A DNA stretch of 63,442 bases, filler included, from Rhabdomonas costata (lineage: Eukaryota): assembly GCA_019059605.1 (NCBI GenBank). It is 48 parts of 48 records of this genome, joined end to end, with 100 filler letters (N's around TTAATTAATTAA, not from the genome) between each part and the next. Parts side by side here need not be neighbours in the genome. Positions count along the whole stretch, not along the records: positions 23,836 to 25,059 come from JAHMHO010022954.1; positions 25,160 to 26,383 come from JAHMHO010022955.1; positions 26,484 to 27,707 come from JAHMHO010022956.1; positions 27,808 to 29,031 come from JAHMHO010022957.1; positions 29,132 to 30,355 come from JAHMHO010022958.1; positions 30,456 to 31,679 come from JAHMHO010022959.1; positions 31,780 to 33,002 come from JAHMHO010022960.1; positions 33,103 to 34,326 come from JAHMHO010022961.1; 40 more parts are not named here. One strand, 5' to 3'. Shown piece by piece: positions 24,806 to 36,900 of the stretch. The notes beneath the pieces were generated by a model that was given only the letters and a program-made list of their open reading frames with translations, made no database searches and was not told where the DNA came from. Both the position numbers and the translations under genes were made by a program. Position 1 is the first letter of the stretch. Each line of letters opens with the position of its first letter.

Positions 24806-27800
24806 CGTGAGCATGGAGGTGGGTGAGGCCGGGAATGCAGCTGAAGCTTTTCTTCTCACTTTAATGAAGCGAATAAAGAACGGGTCTGAATGGTTGGAAG
24901 CGCGAGCACTCAGGCTGCACGCGCCTTGACCAGTACACCCACGCGTTTTGACCAGTACACCCTTTCTTTTTTTCTTCGCGTCTACTTTCCCGAACCTTTC
25001 TCCTCCGTCTCTTTCCTTCGCACACAAACATACAATGTCCCCGACACCGAAAACCAACCNNNNNNNNNNNNNNNNNNNNNNNNNNNNNNNNNNNNNNNNN
25101 NNNTTAATTAATTAANNNNNNNNNNNNNNNNNNNNNNNNNNNNNNNNNNNNNNNNNNNNGGTGTGGGGTTGACTGGACAGGAGCAGAATAGAGGATGAGG
25201 GCGGAAGTGAAGGGGGGCAACCTCCTCCACCAAGGCATCGATGTTCTCGCGGAGTGCCCGCATGGTCTCCCGGGCCCACACCGCATAGGCACGCACTGCT
25301 TCAGCGAAGGTGAGGCAGCTGCCGCTGAACCACTGGCTCACCAGCGCAACCATCACCTCGCGGCAGATCACCTCCAGCTCCTTTGGAAGACAGCCACGAT
25401 GGTTTGGATTCAATCGCGTCAATGTCCAATCGGACCTAATACCGGTACTATCAACGAAAGGAAGACATTGCCTTATCTGCAATGGTATCGGTTTCGGAGC
25501 AATGGGCTAATGCAGAATAATCACCATAGTAGGAGCCATCTACCAGCTTTTGTCTCCTTCTTAGCACTGATGACGTTGGCTCGCACGCTGCTCCCAATAG
25601 AGAACACTTAGCTCAGCTACCTGCCCTTAATGCCCTCTCCTCGGGAGAAGAAAGGGGACTCCGAAAAAGTCCGCAGCTCAATCTCAGCAGATCTCATTCC
25701 GATTGACACGGAAGAAAGAGCATCCCACGAAAAGGCCACGAAATGTCAACCTCAAGCTCCATGCGCTGCAGGGTGTGCCGCCGCACCAGCTCCTCGCCCA
25801 ACACCCCCGCGGCCTTGGACTCCACAAGTACCAGCACATGGGGGAAGCTAAGCTGGTCCTGCGAGGGAGAAAGCGGAGAGAGGACAGCCAGACCCCCCCC
25901 CCCCTTCAAAAAAACCGGATTTGGGGATATAAGGATTAACGAAAATGAGGGTTAGAATTTTCAGAAAAAAAATGTCGCTCACGCAAGGGCCAGTTTGGTT
26001 AACAGACATCTTCGCTCACACTCACCAAAATTTCTTCACAAGCTTTCCTGCTCTTTTACTTTCCATCTCAAGGAAATCAGAGGAGCCAAAGGACGTCTCA
26101 AAACCGTCATCACGCTCAAAAGCAAAGCATCAGGAAGCAGTTCGAGAAAACCTCGAACAACCCACAAAAAGCGGTTCCACCTGCAAGGGGTGCAAGTCCA
26201 CTTCAGGGGGTGGCACAATTGGGAGCAGAGCACGGCCCTCGGCATGACTCACGAACTGAGCCAGAATGCCGACGGACTGTTGCAGCAAGACCTGCACCAG
26301 CAATGCGGCGCGTGCTTGCGAGCCAGGCTGCCCTGAAGAAAGACCCGCGAGAGTCCAAAAACCTGCACCGTAGCATAAAAAACNNNNNNNNNNNNNNNNN
26401 NNNNNNNNNNNNNNNNNNNNNNNNNNNTTAATTAATTAANNNNNNNNNNNNNNNNNNNNNNNNNNNNNNNNNNNNNNNNNNNNATCCACACATCTACACG
26501 TGCTGAAACCCCATGCTCCATTCTCCTGTTGTATCGCGGGTGTCGGGGTGGGGTTTTGGGCTGTATTTCGCGGTGGTTGGTGATCTAGAGGTACCTTGGG
26601 TGGAAGTAGTTAGGCGCGCATGGGTGGTGTGAGGGGTCGTTGAATGCAATTTCTTCCCTCTTGTGGTCACGTTGAAGTGTTTGCCAATGGGCAGCACGCA
26701 ATGTCAGAAAGGGTGTATATTCTCCCAACATCTTTACGTTGTTTACCTTGAAAGAAGCGCTTGCCAAAGCGATCTTCGGCTCTCTCAGCTTGCTCGTTGT
26801 ACGCCTGAAAGGTTCTTCGAAGTCCAGCCTCTGCGACAAAAGCACGCAACGCTGAGAGAGAGAAAGAGAGAGTAGTGGTGATGCATTATTAGAGGTGAAG
26901 TCGATCACCTTCGGAAACAAGGACGCGACCTTACCCACTAAAATGCAATTTGGATGCGTCTGAGCGGAAACCACGCTGAAAACAAACCTTGCCCTTCCAA
27001 ATCATTTGCTAGCCAAAGGCGATATTTGCGATGTTTGCAAAGGTTAGCGATTTGTCCAGCTGGATTTTTCACAAGGTTACAATATCACAATCTCGGAGAC
27101 GGTTAATGGCGGAAGGCAACGCTCAATACCGCGAATTCTTCCAGCGTATCAATCTATGACTGTAAGTTATGACTGACCAAATTCTAATCGTTTTTTCGGT
27201 TTTTTTTGACTGACGACGTCTCCTTTGCTCCCTTCTTTTCGCTTGCGTGCCTGATTTTGAGTGACCCAACTCAACAGTAACCACCACTCCAAAAAAGACC
27301 GCTTGTTTCGCCCCAAGGCCACCTTATGCGAAATTCTACCCAGTGCTAGGGCTGGGAAAAACGGTTTCCGGCCCTTATAAACATATTTGTAAATGGTTTC
27401 GATTCGATCCAGACATTTTTTTATTTCGGCGCATATGTCTCTAGATGCCTCTAGATTCATTGATCCTTGTGTCCAAATGAGGAGTCTGATACCTCGTTAT
27501 ACAGATGTGCTGAACTTTACCAAGAATAATTTCCACGCCTGGGCCTCGCGTCCCACTCCGTTCTCATCGCATCACCACTTGCCTATCTTTCAGCTCTCCC
27601 TCCCACTCCTCGCTGCGACGTATTGCATCCTGCACATTGAGGAGCAATGATAAAACAAAAGCAGCGCAGGGCTTTCCCCAACCTGAAACGCCCATCCACC
27701 CAACCCCNNNNNNNNNNNNNNNNNNNNNNNNNNNNNNNNNNNNNNNNNNNNTTAATTAATTAANNNNNNNNNNNNNNNNNNNNNNNNNNNNNNNNNNNNN

Positions 27801-28305
27801 NNNNNNNCGCCGGGGGTCTGGGCGCCGGCGTCAGGAGGAGGAGTCAAGGTATGAGGAAGCTGGGGACCCGCGGCGGGGGAGCTTGGGGTCAGCTGATTTT
27901 GGCTTCTTGGGCTTGAACTGTACGTTTTTTACAAGCGTGGTGCGAAGACCCGCTGCAAAGATCAACTAAAGACTCCTCTTGCTGCCCTTTCCCTGCCCTT
28001 TCAACGATCATTCATTTTATGTCGTGCACCTGACTTCCCACCCACCAGTGCTTTGCAGACCCCACTGCGATGAGTTTGCAACGGAACGTTCCGTTGCATT
28101 CCCGGTGCTAAAGTCAAGTTTCATTTGAAACGATGTTTACCCATTTTCGGCTGCGGACATGAAATGGCTCTGTGCGGCGGCCCGTGTCCTGTTTCGTGGT
28201 GGCCAGGTCGCAAATAATGCCCTTTCTGCTCCAGCTGATAAGGTAGGCTGGGAGTGTTGCAGCTGGAGCCTTTTCCTGTCCTCTGCCCTTTCCCCTGTTT
28301 GCAAG

Positions 28306-28832
28306 GCCTCGGTTCTGGGAGGAGGAGGTGGAGCTTCCGGAGGTGGAGCGTGTGCCCTCAAGCGTCACGCTTGCGGGGAACTTGCTGTGGGTGGAATGCC
28401 ATATCTGTGGACAGTGGGCCACAGTGGAAGTGGGCCACGCTGCCGCACGGGGCGAGTGGACCTGTGCGCGCAACGCCTGGAACCCTGGAATGGCGGAGTG
28501 CCTCACCGAACCCGAGTTTGATTCCCGCCTCCACTCCTTCTGGGCCAAGACCTACGGTGCGGAGGTGGCCGCAGAGCTTGAGAAGTCTCAGGCCAGGCTG
28601 CAGCTGAGGGGCGACCGGATCAGCCTGTGGTACCTGTACAACATGGTGACCCAGCTCGGGGGGTTCGCCACGGTGTGGGGCAACGTGTGGATGGTTGTGA
28701 TATACCGCGAGAAGCCCCAGTGGGCGGCGTGCACCAGCGTGGGGTTTCGGGTGAAGAAGGTGTACCTAAAGTACCTTTACCCCTACGAAAAGGCGACATT
28801 CCGGGGCAAGAAGTACGACACCGCCCTGGAAG
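28306..28832 (+). CDS. Exon encoding a zf-CW domain followed directly by an ARID/BRIGHT DNA-binding domain
   Basis: WVECHICGQW..WTCARNAWNPGMAEC (CW finger), then ISLWYLYNMVTQLGGFATV..TSVGFRVKKVYLKYLYPYE (ARID). AG/GT bounded. Confidence 0.85.
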
Positions 28833-29649
28833 GTGTGCGCGCAGACTGGGGAGGGGGTTGGCTTGAGGCATGTCAGTGTCGTGCGGTACGGGAGGTAATT
28901 TGGATTAAAAAAAACAACTTGCAGCACATGGGGCGTTCACACTGATAGGTCTGCTGTTTATAAAAATGATCCCAGACCTGCTTCGGCTTTGCCCTCATTC
29001 TCGCTCCCCCCCACCCACCTCCACCCCACACNNNNNNNNNNNNNNNNNNNNNNNNNNNNNNNNNNNNNNNNNNNNTTAATTAATTAANNNNNNNNNNNNN
29101 NNNNNNNNNNNNNNNNNNNNNNNNNNNNNNNGGGTGGTGGGTGTGCTGCGTGTTTCCATTTCTGCGTGCAGTGCTGCGTGGTTGTCGCCTCCTCCTCTTC
29201 GTGTCTGATACAGTGTAGGTGGCTGCGCGCGTGTGTGCCCTTATATTCGCTAGCTTCGGTTGTCGGGATGGACCCTATGGCGCGGGAACTTGTGGTCGGA
29301 CAGTGTGCCATCCATGATGGATTGGAAAGCCCCGCTAGTGACGCAGAGCTGGCTGTCCCCAGTGTGGCGGCGCTGGTGCGCTCAATGATGGCGGGGCTCC
29401 TTGGCGAGGAGATGCGCACCGGAACCAGGCACAGGCGCTGCGGCGACGGGGAGAGTCAGAGACGCCTCCAGTAGGCAGCGAATGTGTACGTGAGTGGGGC
29501 CTGTTTGTGTCTCGGCGTGGGGTCTCTGGTGACCAGCTGGATCCACCTCCATCGGATGCCGGTGGTCAGGCGTGGAAGGGTTGATGCCCAGGACCTCCAG
29601 CTGGTCGTCTTCGTTGGGATCCGCTGACAAGCCACGGACCCGCATCCTG

Positions 29650-30290
29650 CCGTGCCGTGCAAGTGGAGTCGCCGCCATCATACACACCTCCGTTTACAGC
29701 GCGTTCCACACCTTTGCGTCCAGGTCCGCTGCCGTCTCGTTCGCATAGGCGCAGCCAGTCTTCAGCTGCTTGATTCAGCAGCTTTTTTGTTAAAGAGATG
29801 ACCTGAGGTATAATCCGCCATGCGTGTCCAAAGCGTGTGGGTCTTTGGGAAGCAGGTGGGGGAACAGCATATAGGACGGTACTAGTTCAGGAATCTGCTG
29901 GATTCGCTGTTTCTTCAGTGTCAAGATGCTTCCGTATAGGCAGATGGCACGCATTGTCTCTTTGATCACACACACTGTGTCCGCGTACGGGGAGCGGGGG
30001 TTACCGACCCCGAGCATTTGGTTAGGTGCTTCGCTTCGGTGTCACTTTGAACTCCGCAGTGGTGGCAGCATGCCCCTTCTTCGATGCAATGAGGCCAAGC
30101 AGCCATGCTAGAGCTGCGAGGAACTTACCGGGCTCCCTAGAGACCCATCGATAAGATCCGGTGAGCCAGCTGGTCGCGTGCGGGCACTGATGAAACAGCA
30201 TTCGTTCCTTGGCATTCTCCCATTTGATTGCCTTTTGGAGCTCGAGTGCCATTACATGCATGAGGTGAGGCGATGGTTGTGGCACGGTCG
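29650..30290 (-). mobile_element. Possible degenerate C-terminus of an RLE-type (CRE/SLACS-like) non-LTR retrotransposon
   Basis: Frameshifted pieces HATSWLTG..PGKFLAALAWLLGL, CDQRDNACH and PHALDTHGGL resemble conserved blocks of CRE-clade C-termini. No splice structure. Confidence 0.35.
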
Positions 30291-30467
30291 GTTTTGTTTT
30301 CCCGCATAGCTTCGCATAGAATCGCGCGGCTCTGGCAATTTTCGCTTTCAGCGTGNNNNNNNNNNNNNNNNNNNNNNNNNNNNNNNNNNNNNNNNNNNNT
30401 TAATTAATTAANNNNNNNNNNNNNNNNNNNNNNNNNNNNNNNNNNNNNNNNNNNNGGGGTGGGGTAG

Positions 30468-31092
30468 GAGTGGCTGTACTCCATTGGTGAGGACACCTCG
30501 CAGGACGAGTATGTCGCTAAGCTGGTGGAGCTGAAGAAGTTGGGCAACCCGGCAGTCAACAGGTGGACGCGCCCTTCTCCACTCCCACGCACCAGTGTGG
30601 TTATGGCTGCGGCTGTCTTCAGGTCTGTTCTTGGTAACGTCGAGTAAAAGCACCTTAAGCGCAGGTCTGCGTTAACTTCTCATAGGACCCTGAATCAGTG
30701 GACCTGTCTGTAACCTTTTCGAAAGCAATGGGTGAGGGGCGCCATTTCTTTCCCAGTAGCATCTTATCCTGTGAACGCAGTACCGTGGATGGTTTGTCAC
30801 GGCTCTCCTTAAATGGGACGCATGGCGTGTTTCTGGTGTGCGTTGTCTGGCATCGTTTTTGGGCAGGCAGATCCATCCAACTCCGACCTTTGTATAACCC
30901 AATCCCGGGCTGGGGCGCAGGTTCAATGACCGCAAGGCCCTTCCTCAGGCCGTGCAGGCGTTGAAGGCGAAGTGCGCGGAGCTTGCCACGCAGGCCCAGG
31001 ACAAGGAGGGCAAGCTGGCGCACATCCCCGCGGAGGAGCTCCAGGGGGTCGTGAAGAAGTGCGAGGACCTCGCACGGTGGCTCGAGGAGGAG
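30468..31092 (+). CDS. Hsp110/SSE-family Hsp70-like chaperone, C-terminal exons 30468-30562 and 30921-31092
   Basis: EWLYSIGEDTSQDEYVAKLVELKKLGNPAVNR|FNDRKALPQAV..LAHIPAEELQGVVKKCEDLARWLEEE, with an in-frame GT-AG intron. Confidence 0.85.
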
Positions 31093-32415
31093 GTCCGTGC
31101 ACGAGCCTGTGCGCACGGGCTAGCGCACTTCACCCTAAGGACACAATATACGATACCCACCGTAAGTGAAGCCAGGGCAGTTGCCCCGGTTATTTGCTTG
31201 TGTGTGTAGCGTTACTCACTTTATGCATAGCGATTGCACCTTTCGCGGCCGGCTTAAGGTTGATGCAATTGTCCCGTGGGAGGCGATGCATGTGTCCGCT
31301 GGGATTCCAGTTGAAGATTTTGCATCGGGTTAGGAGCGATGCACCCCCTAGAATTTCAGTAGAAGGGTTTCTCCAGGATGTCTTAGATCGTAGTTATACT
31401 ACACGTCAGGAACAGGAAGAAATATTTGTGATTAACGTTGTTAAACGTTCAACACCCGCAAAAAAATACTTTCGGCATAAGTCCCTTTGTGGATCCCCAC
31501 ATACCATATGCTGCCCCCCCTCCAAGCCAGGTGTAACCCGCACATGCATGTCCAACAAATGGAAGTTCTCAGGATGCTGACATCCTGGAAAGATAATCTA
31601 AGGGCCCATAAAGCACTACCTTACAGCTCATAACAGACCTTACAGACCTACGCTTACAGACCTTGACTTACACCAACACNNNNNNNNNNNNNNNNNNNNN
31701 NNNNNNNNNNNNNNNNNNNNNNNTTAATTAATTAANNNNNNNNNNNNNNNNNNNNNNNNNNNNNNNNNNNNNNNNNNNNGGGTGGTAATGTGGCACAGTG
31801 ATGGACCTTCACTGTTATCAACCCAATGTCACGGACTGGATACCCGAAATCGAGAGTATAGATAGAGGTATCGTTCCCGAAAGGTATCGTTCTGAGAATA
31901 CAAGGAGTAAACCTTAAGGAGCAAAGGATCGAGATGCACCACACCTCATGGTGGCAGTAGGGAGGGGTGGGGACAAAAACATCAAACGTGAGAGGGCTGT
32001 GGTTCGGAGGGTCATCATGAGCAGAGGGGACTAAACGGAAAGGTGGGAGCTAACCTTCAAACTTGTGTGAAGCCCAAAACATTCCCCATTGCACCACCTC
32101 ACCGAATTCGAAAAACAGCAAACAGCAAGCCCCCAAAAATGCTGCCACGTCACCGCAAGAGGAGATCTACACAAAGGGAACCTAAAGGTCAGGCGTCAAC
32201 TGAGCAAGCCCGTCCCTCAAGCGCATCCCAACCTCCGTCTCGGGATGACATAGGTACCACACCACATGAACCAAGCACGATATGTGATGAAGAACTGGGA
32301 ATAGCGGACGGCGGAAGGCCCGAACCCCACACAGAAGTTACACATTTTACACATTCCCCACGTTAAAATCCACAACAAAACACAAAAGCAAAAAAATCAC
32401 TCACCCAGATAGGAA

Positions 32416-32899
32416 CTAGTAGCACTCCGAAGACAACGCGAGCACGACGCCATCCCGGCGATTCGTCTCTGTCCACCGCACTCCATCACCGCCACCAGCA
32501 GGGTCCACTGCATGACTGCCCACGTCCTTCGCAAACTGCTTCCCACGGCAGTTTCCCTCGCTGTAGTGCGTGTAAACCGTGGCATCCCCACCCAGCTTCG
32601 CTCCGCACAGCCAGCACCACTCCTGCCGGCATCGGCTGAAAAAGAGAGTGCAAAACATGTACGGAGCATGGTCACTTTCGTACACTTGCTCACTGGGCTT
32701 TCGGAATACACTGCAAGGCCTTTCCCGGCTTTGTGCAAACCAACACGAAGATCGGGCACAGCCTCCTAACAGCTGCAGTGCTGCACCTGCATGTCATGTG
32801 GTTGCAGCCCGTGAACTTATCGGTCATCGCTCCACAGCCTGGGCACAGCTTGCTGGTCTCGGCGACGAGCGCAGCAGAGCGCAGGTCCTTCTTTGCCAA
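32416..32899 (-). CDS. RBR E3 ubiquitin ligase RING2 (Rcat) region, exons 32899-32787 and 32635-32416
   Basis: SKLCPGCGAMTDKFTGCNHMTCS|RCRQEWCWLCG, including the catalytic GCNHM motif. Confidence 0.88.
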
Positions 32900-33594
32900 C
32901 TGTGAAGAAAAGAAGATGCAATGTATTCTGGCAACAAGTGGCGGATCGCCTGTGTAAAGGAAGTTTTGGCAACGAGAATGAATTTCCATTGGCAACGCAC
33001 CCNNNNNNNNNNNNNNNNNNNNNNNNNNNNNNNNNNNNNNNNNNNNTTAATTAATTAANNNNNNNNNNNNNNNNNNNNNNNNNNNNNNNNNNNNNNNNNN
33101 NNTGTTTTTGTACTTTTTGGAGCCAGCAAGGGCGACTTACAACAGTCCCATCGGGCTCTGACAGCCCCGACAGTGCACGTAGTGTCAGTTACAAGAAGTG
33201 GGTAAAGTGCTGAATGGCCCGCACAGCAGCTCTTCCAGCTCTTCAATATAAAATACAAGAAACAAGTGCGAACAGAAGGGCAAAAAGTACGGAGATGGGG
33301 CAACTACACAACAGAAATGGTATTTGGTTCGCCCTAAGTGCATCAAGTGTGCTGTGGTTCATTCTGTATATCGGTAATTATCTGTGGCACCGAACGCATT
33401 TCTCGCGGCTTCTGATGTTCCTCTGGTTGTCCAGACGCACTCACTCGCACCGTGCATGATATCAAGCTCATCGCACATGCGGTCACACACAAGGTCGCCC
33501 GGCATGCCTTCTTTGTCACATGTCTTATGTGTGTGCGTACATCTGCGTTCGAATTGCGCGCATCTGCGCCTTTGTTTTTCTTTTTGCGACACAG

Positions 33595-33906
33595 AGTTAC
33601 GCTTTCCTCGACACCACGTTGGACCCGGCGACAAAGAAGCCCGTGGTCAGACGGGTCCCTGTGGTGCAGCCTGTGTGCGAGATGAAGGCACTGCTGAGGC
33701 TGGAACGCTGTGGGAGCACTGAGGAACGCCAGAAAGTCCTTCAACTTTCCGAGCTGCTGAGCTCGTGCCTGCGGCTGGACCCGGCCCTCAGGACGAGCAG
33801 CGAGGAGGCCTGCGGCCTTCCTTTGTTCAGCTTTGCTGCACGGAGGACCGCTTCTTTGGATGCTGGGAACGGCGCACTTCCTTCTGTGATGACGCTGGCT
33901 AGCTAG
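33595..33906 (+). CDS. PRP4 kinase-like protein kinase, terminal exon
   Basis: FLDTTLDPATKKPVVRR..KVLQLSELLSSCLRLDPALRTSSEEACGLPLF: kinase subdomain XI plus a PRP4K-like insert. Confidence 0.65.
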   Translation, partial: SYAFLDTTLDPATKKPVVRRVPVVQPVCEMKALLRLERCGSTEERQKVLQLSELLSSCLRLDPALRTSSEEACGLPLFSFAARRTASLDAGNGALPSVMTLAS

Positions 33907-36900
33907 CACTCGCAGTGCTCACCATTTCTTGTGTGGGGTTTCCGTTCCGAACCCGAGTTGTTGGTCTTTGCATTGGAAAAACGACGGATCCTTGGTTTTT
34001 TAGTTGGCCTTTTGGATGTATTGGGACTTTTCCACGCTGCATCGTTCCTTTGCGCGATTGCCTTTTCATCAGATCTCAACGACGACTGGCACGTCGCTTT
34101 CGGCCGTAGATCCCTTATGCTTTTCGCCTACACAACTGTTCTTCGGCTTAAACTTCGAACTGAATTTCGTATTTCTTTTCCGTCCGTTTCCCGGTGGTCT
34201 GATGACCAGCCGCTAATTGTCTCCTATTCGTCTTTAGTGACACACACCACCACAACCACGACCACCTTCATTCCACCAAGGCGGCGGGGAGAAGTGAAGA
34301 TCCCAAGCTTTTTGCCAACCACCCCCNNNNNNNNNNNNNNNNNNNNNNNNNNNNNNNNNNNNNNNNNNNNTTAATTAATTAANNNNNNNNNNNNNNNNNN
34401 NNNNNNNNNNNNNNNNNNNNNNNNNNGTTGGGGGTGTGGGGCTTTTTGTCCTGGTCTCACATCCCAGGAACCTCCCGGCATTATTCCTCCCTTAGACGTT
34501 ATGACCCCCCTTTTTCCAGCGTTTTTGCACCTCTCCAGTGAGGAATAATGCCGGGAGGTTCCTGGGATGTGAGACCAGGACGAAAAGCCCCACTCCTCCA
34601 GCCAGAAACAATTGACAAATCTCAAAATAAAAGGGATCCAAAGTAGGCGTATAATCCTGAATCTCCATCCCTCTGGGGGCAAATCTGCAGAGACTGTGTG
34701 GACCTGCCTCGGCATTGATCTTTTGAGGACAGTGGTGGATATTAAGGAAGCAGGCGCAAGTTAAGCGCGAAGTCTGCGCATTATTTTACCTACTTTTGGC
34801 TATTTTTGAGCATTTTCGGGGCATTTTCTGGCCAAAATCGACCATTTTTCAGTTCTTCTAAAACTGCACAGGCGAGGAAGGGGAGGTGACGGTGAAGGAA
34901 AGAATTTCTCAGGGAGGGCTGCGTCTTGGAGTCCATGAGGGTCCCCAGACAGTAAGCGCAAGAAAGATCCGAAAATTATTTGCCGTTTTTTGCGAAGAAG
35001 AGGATCCTTTTTAAGGTGAGTTTTGTCAATTGTATCTCTCGGGGCCTTTCTCAGGTGGTTGGGAAAATCAGATGGCCCATTGGTGCCAATATAGGAAGGA
35101 CCAAGACCACAAATCCCGTGCGCACAAAAAGCCGAGGCAAGGACCAAGGCACAGAGGTGTCATGGATAGGGAGCAAGGGTGACAATGCGCCCCACCCTTC
35201 CCCGCACCCTTCCATTACAACGCAGAAGTCGCAAGCACGCCAGAAATCATCCGCACACGCACCATTTGTCCCCTCTCAAAGACCCCTCTCAAGAATCCAA
35301 GCGGGGAAGCGACAGCGACAGTTTCTCGTCACTGCAACGAGAAAGTGCCCACATCCGCGGATGCGCATAAAAGAGGCGAACCGCATCAACCGCACAAGTG
35401 GAGGAGGGCTCACAAGCACACCTGCAGGCAACGAAAGTGCTTGCACCACGATAGCCTGGGAAAAACGAATGTGTTGTCACCAGACCACGGTATGTTCACA
35501 CACATATCTCAAGCCCATAAGAAAATAAGAAAGAAAAATAGACAGCAAGAACCTCTCATCATCCCACGTCGCAGGGTCACTGCAACACCCACGGCGTGGA
35601 CTAAAACTGAGACTTGAAAGACTTGAAGGTATCTTTGGGCAAAAAAAAACNNNNNNNNNNNNNNNNNNNNNNNNNNNNNNNNNNNNNNNNNNNNTTAATT
35701 AATTAANNNNNNNNNNNNNNNNNNNNNNNNNNNNNNNNNNNNNNNNNNNNTGTGTGGTTGTTGTTTTGTGGCAAACATGAATGGATGTCCTGACGCAACC
35801 GCCTCGAAGCCAGAACTGGAAGGATTGCTAAACTTTTGTGGAAGACTGGTGATAGGAGGAACATACGACTCCCCACGTTTGGTTGCGCGGTGCTCACAAA
35901 GCGGTCTTTATTTATTCGTACAACTCTCCACGTGCCCATTAAGTGTTATCAATAAACGCACAGCGCGGCCCAAACCTCACCCTGCCAGTTAACAACGCTA
36001 ATCAGGGTCAGGTGAGCGGAAATGGCTGAAAGACGCCATCCATCCATCCAATCGTTTCACCCAGGTTACAGAATTGCCGTATTCCCTTTTGCGTGCACAA
36101 TTCGTTTTCGTCCACAGTTCTGCTGTAATCTACTGCGTACTGAATTATCTGCTGCTTTGCTGACTACATGGCTCCATCCAAGTACGTTGCAATAGTTTAA
36201 AGCCCTGGGTTACACCTGCTTGGCTTGTGCGACAAGCTCCTTCGAAAACGACATCGCCGGCGAAATGGAAAAGAAAACCGAGGTTGGAGTAGATGGTATG
36301 TTTCTGGTGACAATGAAAGAAAGCAAAAAAAAAAAAGTCAACATGCGTTGCCATTAGTTAAGTCAGTCGAGGTCGCGACCATCATTTGTAAACCTTTACA
36401 TAACCCTCACATTCCTCACCAGAAGAATCTGAACCGCAAGTCACTTTTTTCGGGTGGATGCCAACGTAAAAAGCCGAAAATTGAGTTCACAAAAGCGTGC
36501 ATTTGTAACGCGAATTGATTTGCAGATACTCCAACTTGGAGACATTGCCACTGATCCTGAAAGCTTATGAAAGCTTAACCATCTCAAAACGACCCAAAGG
36601 CAACGGCAGTCATCAATAGTATGAGGGGTTTGTATTTGGAAACGTTTCTTTCCGAGATTTTAAGGGGGATCAGCTAAACTTATCCCGTGTGGAATTACAC
36701 CATACTTTTTGTGGATTTAGGGAGCACTGTCTTATTGTGAATGTGAGCTTTTCAGATAGTTCCCACTCCCCTTCATATACGACAACCTCAAATGAGCCCC
36801 TTGATGAACAATGCCGACAGCAGCAAGTACACAGTGAACACCACCAGCACTATGGAAAATGCCTGAAAGCACTGAGAAAAAAGGAATGGGCGGGAATGGC

